Source: Bacteroidia bacterium (GTDB lineage Bacteria; Bacteroidota; Bacteroidia; Bacteroidales; VadinHA17). Taken from it: a stretch of DNA of 32,279 bases. Of the stretch, positions 28,208-32,279 are shown in pieces. The position numbers were made by a program, and so were the translations under genes. Within the stretch, counting starts at the first letter, position 1; each line of letters starts with the position of its first letter. The notes beneath the pieces were generated by a model. It saw only the letters and a list, made by a program, of their open reading frames with translations. It made no database searches and had not been told where the DNA came from. The stretch covers positions 1-32,279 of the forward strand of contig JAPLDX010000049.1 in assembly GCA_026391215.1 (NCBI GenBank). Direction: 5' to 3'.

Positions 28208-29232
28208 TCCCTCATCCATTCGATAAGGTTATCGATGAATGGCTGGGGCATGATCTCCAGTCCGTTCATGTCGCCGATGAAGAATATCTTGCTCTTTTCC
28301 CATTTAAGTGTTCCCATCACGGGAGGAGCCAACGGCTCATTCTCATCCAATCCTCCGTTAAAGTTAAGATCGCCATATTCCTCTTCACCCAGCCAGCCGA
28401 GGACTTCAATGTCAGGATTCTGATCAAGGTTGGTCAGTACCGAGCCTGCGATATAGTCGATAGATGTGATATTCTTTGTTATCATGTGCGGAGTCAGCTT
28501 TGTGACCTTGCCATATGCGACACCCTCAAATTTCAATCCCAGGTGGTCGCCAAGCTCATCAACCCTGTCATATTTTTTGTGATCGGTGAAAAACACCAGG
28601 TTCATTCCGCGCCGTGCCAGTTTTGTATATATTTCAAGTTCATTTTCAGTATATCTTTCAAAGCCGTTGGTTCTTATGACAATATAACTTCCGAAGAACA
28701 TGCCCTCCTTAAGCTCTTCTCCCCGCCCCAGTTCCCTTACTTCCAATCCCTTTGACCTGAGCATATCGGCGAATGGTTTTCCCTGGTGCCATTGATCTTC
28801 ACTGAACCCGGTAAGAGGCGATTGTGGAAACCACCAGACACCTCCGTCGTGAGATGCATCAATGAGAATCTTCTTATTAAGCTGAACTGCTGATACTTCC
28901 CAGGTTGTTTTGTGCGATTCAAGATCCTGTATCTCGTACAGAACAGGCTGTGAAAAATCAACTGTCGATCCGCCGGAAACCTGCTCCCTTCCGTTTAAAA
29001 GAACACTGCATCCTTCCGGTACATTGAAGTCAGGGACCAGACGCGTGACATCCACACCAAAGTCCACTTCAAACCTTACTTCTCTCCTTGAATCATTGAA
29101 TTCTGTTGAGAGGGTTTGTCCGTTCGTATTGAAGGACAGGAAACCTGTCTGTTTGTAATTGACCTGTTCACTTCTCTCGCACGACAACAGAATCAGGAGC
29201 AAACCTGCAAGAATGATTTTACATGTTCTCAT
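28204..29232 (-). CDS. Lipoprotein with N-terminal Ig-like domain and C-terminal GATase-like/DUF4350-type domain
   Basis: LLSC lipobox; DVT.LVP.F......QVSG...VDFS.PV.Y Ig-like unit; ILIDASH...FFIGD.N alpha/beta domain. Confidence 0.65.
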   Translation of the reverse strand: MRTCKIILAGLLLILLSCERSEQVNYKQTGFLSFNTNGQTLSTEFNDSRREVRFEVDFGVDVTRLVPDFNVPEGCSVLLNGREQVSGGSTVDFSQPVLYEIQDLESHKTTWEVSAVQLNKKILIDASHDGGVWWFPQSPLTGFSEDQWHQGKPFADMLRSKGLEVRELGRGEELKEGMFFGSYIVIRTNGFERYTENELEIYTKLARRGMNLVFFTDHKKYDRVDELGDHLGLKFEGVAYGKVTKLTPHMITKNITSIDYIAGSVLTNLDQNPDIEVLGWLGEEEYGDLNFNGGLDENEPLAPPVMGTLKWEKSKIFFIGDMNGLEIMPQPFIDNLIEWMRD

Positions 29233-29330
29233 AGCTGTGCAATTCTGTTCTTAATCACAAAGTTACGCTATTAAAACGCTAAAGTCAATTTTTAATAAAA
29301 AACCCAGCTTCACAGCAAGGCTTTTATTCT

Positions 29331-29360
29331 CCTGACGCCCGATGCCTGACGCCTGATGCC
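29331..29360. repeat. Tandem heptamer array CCYGAYG x4
   Basis: CCTGACG CCCGATG CCTGACG CCTGATG CC abuts the stop codon of the 29360..30121 gene. Confidence 0.8.
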
Positions 29361-30121
29361 TAAAGCTCCTTCATCTTTATATTCCTGAACCACACTTTAC
29401 TGCCGTGATTCTGAAGCGAGATATGCCCTTCATCATATTTCCCGTAATCAGGATAATCTGCCCATTTCCCGCTGTTGCGAAGTTTTATCCATTCTTCAGA
29501 ATTTTTAACATACCTGACTGTAACTGAGTCGTTAAGAATAAATGTCACATCATTGCCATTCACAACGATCAAAGCCCGGTTCCACTCGCCGACCGGTTTG
29601 TAAGGTTTGACTAACGGAGGATTCATTGCGTAATTGGCTCCGCTTACCTGCCATACTTCCAGAGTGTCAGGCCAGCCTTCCTGGTCAATAATCTGGAACT
29701 CAGGACCTGTTTCATAAGGATAATGATAAAGGGTATCTTCAGCAACCTGGAAAATAAGACCGCTGTTGGCCTTTTTTGCCAGCTTGAATTCAGCATAAAA
29801 TGCATAACTCCTGTAAACTTTATCGGTTATGATGTCCTGGCTTTCAGCCCCACCCTCGGTGTTCATGGTTAATGTTCCATCTTCAATGGTCCAGCAATCG
29901 GGGAACTTACCCATATTATAACCATGCCATCCGTTTGTGGTCGTACCATCAAAGAGAAGCTGCCATCCCAGCTTCTTTTCCTTATTAGTTAAAGTGTTAG
30001 GTGCTGCTGTTTTATCAATTTCTGAATAAAGCGACACAGGATCCTTGCTTGGTTCCGATCCACAGGAACATAACAGGATCAGCAGAAGACCAATAAATGG
30101 TTTTGTTATTGATTTTTTCAT
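29360..30121 (-). CDS. DUF1080 (3-keto-disaccharide hydrolase-like) lipoprotein
   Basis: LCSC lipobox; GWQLLFDG....GW, NSG, GPEFQI.D, GEWN and GHI.LQNHG..VWFRNIK motifs. Confidence 0.9.
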   Translation of the reverse strand: MKKSITKPFIGLLLILLCSCGSEPSKDPVSLYSEIDKTAAPNTLTNKEKKLGWQLLFDGTTTNGWHGYNMGKFPDCWTIEDGTLTMNTEGGAESQDIITDKVYRSYAFYAEFKLAKKANSGLIFQVAEDTLYHYPYETGPEFQIIDQEGWPDTLEVWQVSGANYAMNPPLVKPYKPVGEWNRALIVVNGNDVTFILNDSVTVRYVKNSEEWIKLRNSGKWADYPDYGKYDEGHISLQNHGSKVWFRNIKMKEL

Positions 30122-30159
30122 TTTAGATAGTTATTAATTATTTATAATAAAGAAACATT

Positions 30160-32279
30160 TTAACGGGCATTTGGTGCATCATTCAACAGCTTTTGAATTA
30201 ATGATAACAGATCTTGTTCTTCTTTGTCAAGTTTTCTTTTTATCCTTTGTTCGTTTAATAAGACAGCTGAAGTTTTAAGATCGCTCTTATAACCGGAATT
30301 ATCACCCATCTGATATCGTAATCTTGACCTGAAATAGTAATAAGGGTATTCATCGGGACCCAGCTGAACAGCCTTATTCAGGTCATTTAATGCTTCCTGT
30401 AAATTTTCTGATTGCTGGAAAGCCAGGCCTCTGCTTAGGAAAACTTTTGCATCTTCAGGAAAGTTGTCAATAATTGTCGTAAATGCGAGTATTGCCTCCT
30501 TCCAGCGCTTCATGGAAGAATATATCTGCCCTGTCTTTTTCAGGACAGAAAAATTGAGAGACCATGTTTTCAGATAGTTTTCATATTCACCGAGTGCACC
30601 CTGAATGTTGCCGTTTTGTTCCATGATTTCAGCGCGGTCGATTAATAATGGGGCATTTTGAGGATTTTTTCCTATTTCTTCGTTCAGCAATGAAATTGCT
30701 TTGTCATAATCTATCCGCGCCAGGTCAGGAGATGAATTATTCCTGAAGAAAGAACCTCTTTCACGAAATCCTGTATAACTATTGGGATCAACTGATACTG
30801 CTTTGTCAAAATCAGCTTTTGCAGCCAGCCTGTCGCCTTTCGCTAAAGATAAGTTTGCCCGGGAAATATAGAACGCGGACTCGTTCGGATACCTCTCTAT
30901 TAATCTGTTCAACAAATCAAGAGATAGTTCCCTCTGGTTATTATTCTGATACAAAGTGGCCAGATTATAGGTAACTTTCATATTGTCAGGCTGCAATCCC
31001 AGCATCTTTTTTAAATAGGTTGCAGCTTTATTCCATTGCCCCATTTTTTGATAGCTTGTCGCAACTAATTCATATCCACTGAAGTTTTTCGGATTTGATT
31101 CCAGGACATTTAATCCATCCTTCAGTGCTCCATCATTGTCGTCCATCAATAATCGCAATTCGCCACGTTTGGCATATAATGATTTATCTGCCGGATTCTT
31201 CTGAATTTGGTCTTCAATCAGTCTTTTGGCAACAGCTCTGTCCTGAAGATCATTTTTCGACTTCGATCTCCCCAAAACTAAATCTACAGAAAGCCTGTTA
31301 TTATATGCATCAAAATATGTACTATCTGCTTTTAATGCGTTTTCAATGTTTACCAGGGCATCGCTGTACTCTTTAATAAATATGCTTAACGTAGCCAGCC
31401 GGTTGTAATACATCGCATTTTTGGAAAATTCATCAGTCATGTTCCTTAAATTCTGGACCTTACTGGCAAAAAACTCCGGGATATTAGCAGCTCTTTTATC
31501 AAAAACTAAATTTTCGAGTAAAACAGGAGGGGAATCGTTGCCATTTTCATCTATATGGGTAATGTATAGCTGGGTGTAAGGACCTCTGTTTTTTGAAGAA
31601 AAAACAAGCCATCTGCTATTGGGTGACCAGGAGTGCCATGAATTCATTTTTTCTGTATTGCATTTCATTAAGCGTGGATTTCCTCCCCTGGCTGGCATAA
31701 TATACAGTTTGCTGTCACCTTGTAACAGCATGAAGTTTTCCGACTGACAAAACACAATCCATTTACCATCGGGTGAATACCTGGCAAAGAAGTTGCTTTT
31801 ATTGTTATTTGAAGCGCCGGCAACAGGTATGGCCTTCCCGCCCTGGCCTTCATTAAACGGAATATGGTACAGATCAAACTTAAATTCCTTCTGTCTTGAA
31901 ATGAATTCTTTAACATCCTCTGAATTAAGCAATACGCTCTGTGAATTTTCAATTTTAGAAGAAATATACCTGTCAGCCCGGGTGAACAATACTTCAAGGC
32001 CGTCAGGCGACCAGTTCGGGTTGCTTTGAACATATTTTTTATCGGAAGCTCCCGGGAGCTCATAAAATTTCTTTGCATCCCTGTCATATACGCCAATTAT
32101 ACCTTTAATCGGGAAAAACAATTGCGAATAATCAAGGTTATCCACAGCCACAAACACGGAACGATCCTTTACCGTGGATAGCACATATTTACCATCAGGT
32201 GAAATCTGAGACAGTAAACCATATGTTGGTTCCCCTTCATCTCTTTTATAATCGCTCCATGTGATTATTTTATCAAAAG
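30160..32279 (-). CDS. PD40/TolB-like beta-propeller + TPR repeat protein (5'-partial; frame open to window end)
   Basis: SPDGKY, WSPDG, YSPDGKWIVF and WSPNSRW repeats, then many TPRs. No stop upstream of 32184 (..FDKIITWSDYKRDEGEPTYGLLSQISPDGKYV..). Confidence 0.88.
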   Translation of the reverse strand, partial: FDKIITWSDYKRDEGEPTYGLLSQISPDGKYVLSTVKDRSVFVAVDNLDYSQLFFPIKGIIGVYDRDAKKFYELPGASDKKYVQSNPNWSPDGLEVLFTRADRYISSKIENSQSVLLNSEDVKEFISRQKEFKFDLYHIPFNEGQGGKAIPVAGASNNNKSNFFARYSPDGKWIVFCQSENFMLLQGDSKLYIMPARGGNPRLMKCNTEKMNSWHSWSPNSRWLVFSSKNRGPYTQLYITHIDENGNDSPPVLLENLVFDKRAANIPEFFASKVQNLRNMTDEFSKNAMYYNRLATLSIFIKEYSDALVNIENALKADSTYFDAYNNRLSVDLVLGRSKSKNDLQDRAVAKRLIEDQIQKNPADKSLYAKRGELRLLMDDNDGALKDGLNVLESNPKNFSGYELVATSYQKMGQWNKAATYLKKMLGLQPDNMKVTYNLATLYQNNNQRELSLDLLNRLIERYPNESAFYISRANLSLAKGDRLAAKADFDKAVSVDPNSYTGFRERGSFFRNNSSPDLARIDYDKAISLLNEEIGKNPQNAPLLIDRAEIMEQNGNIQGALGEYENYLKTWSLNFSVLKKTGQIYSSMKRWKEAILAFTTIIDNFPEDAKVFLSRGLAFQQSENLQEALNDLNKAVQLGPDEYPYYYFRSRLRYQMGDNSGYKSDLKTSAVLLNEQRIKRKLDKEEQDLLSLIQKLLNDAPNAR

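Overview
Chromosomal segment of a Bacteroidota (most likely Bacteroidales) bacterium. This rests on T9SS cargo and PorP/SprF genes, TAnnTTTG promoters and the absence of Shine-Dalgarno motifs. It opens inside a giant HYR/SprB-repeat T9SS type-B adhesin, broken by a frame-shifting junction at ~2540 and followed by its porP/sprF partner. Mostly housekeeping genes follow: EEP nuclease, CCA enzyme, trxA, xseBA, S8 protease, dnaK, panB, rluA, an RprXY-like two-component pair, cdd, a GH73-LysM autolysin, fmt, ribBA, lptF/G and tRNA-Met. It ends in accessory genes: a frameshifted FISUMP protein, a YtxH/holin-like trio, lipoproteins and a TPR-PD40 protein. The most striking unexplained structure is an AT-rich four-helix-bundle (23S-IVS/Avd-like) gene enclosed by mirror-image tandem octamer arrays that could pair into a long stem and loop the gene out of an mRNA. 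Other notable signals: sigma54-type promoters before dnaK and trxA, a candidate ECF-driven sRNA antisense to start-codon regions, phased GTTAA boxes at the two-component locus, an A54/U58-swapped tRNA T-loop, and a DGR-variable-region-like 3' end in the FISUMP gene. All family assignments come from motif recognition by eye, not database searches.
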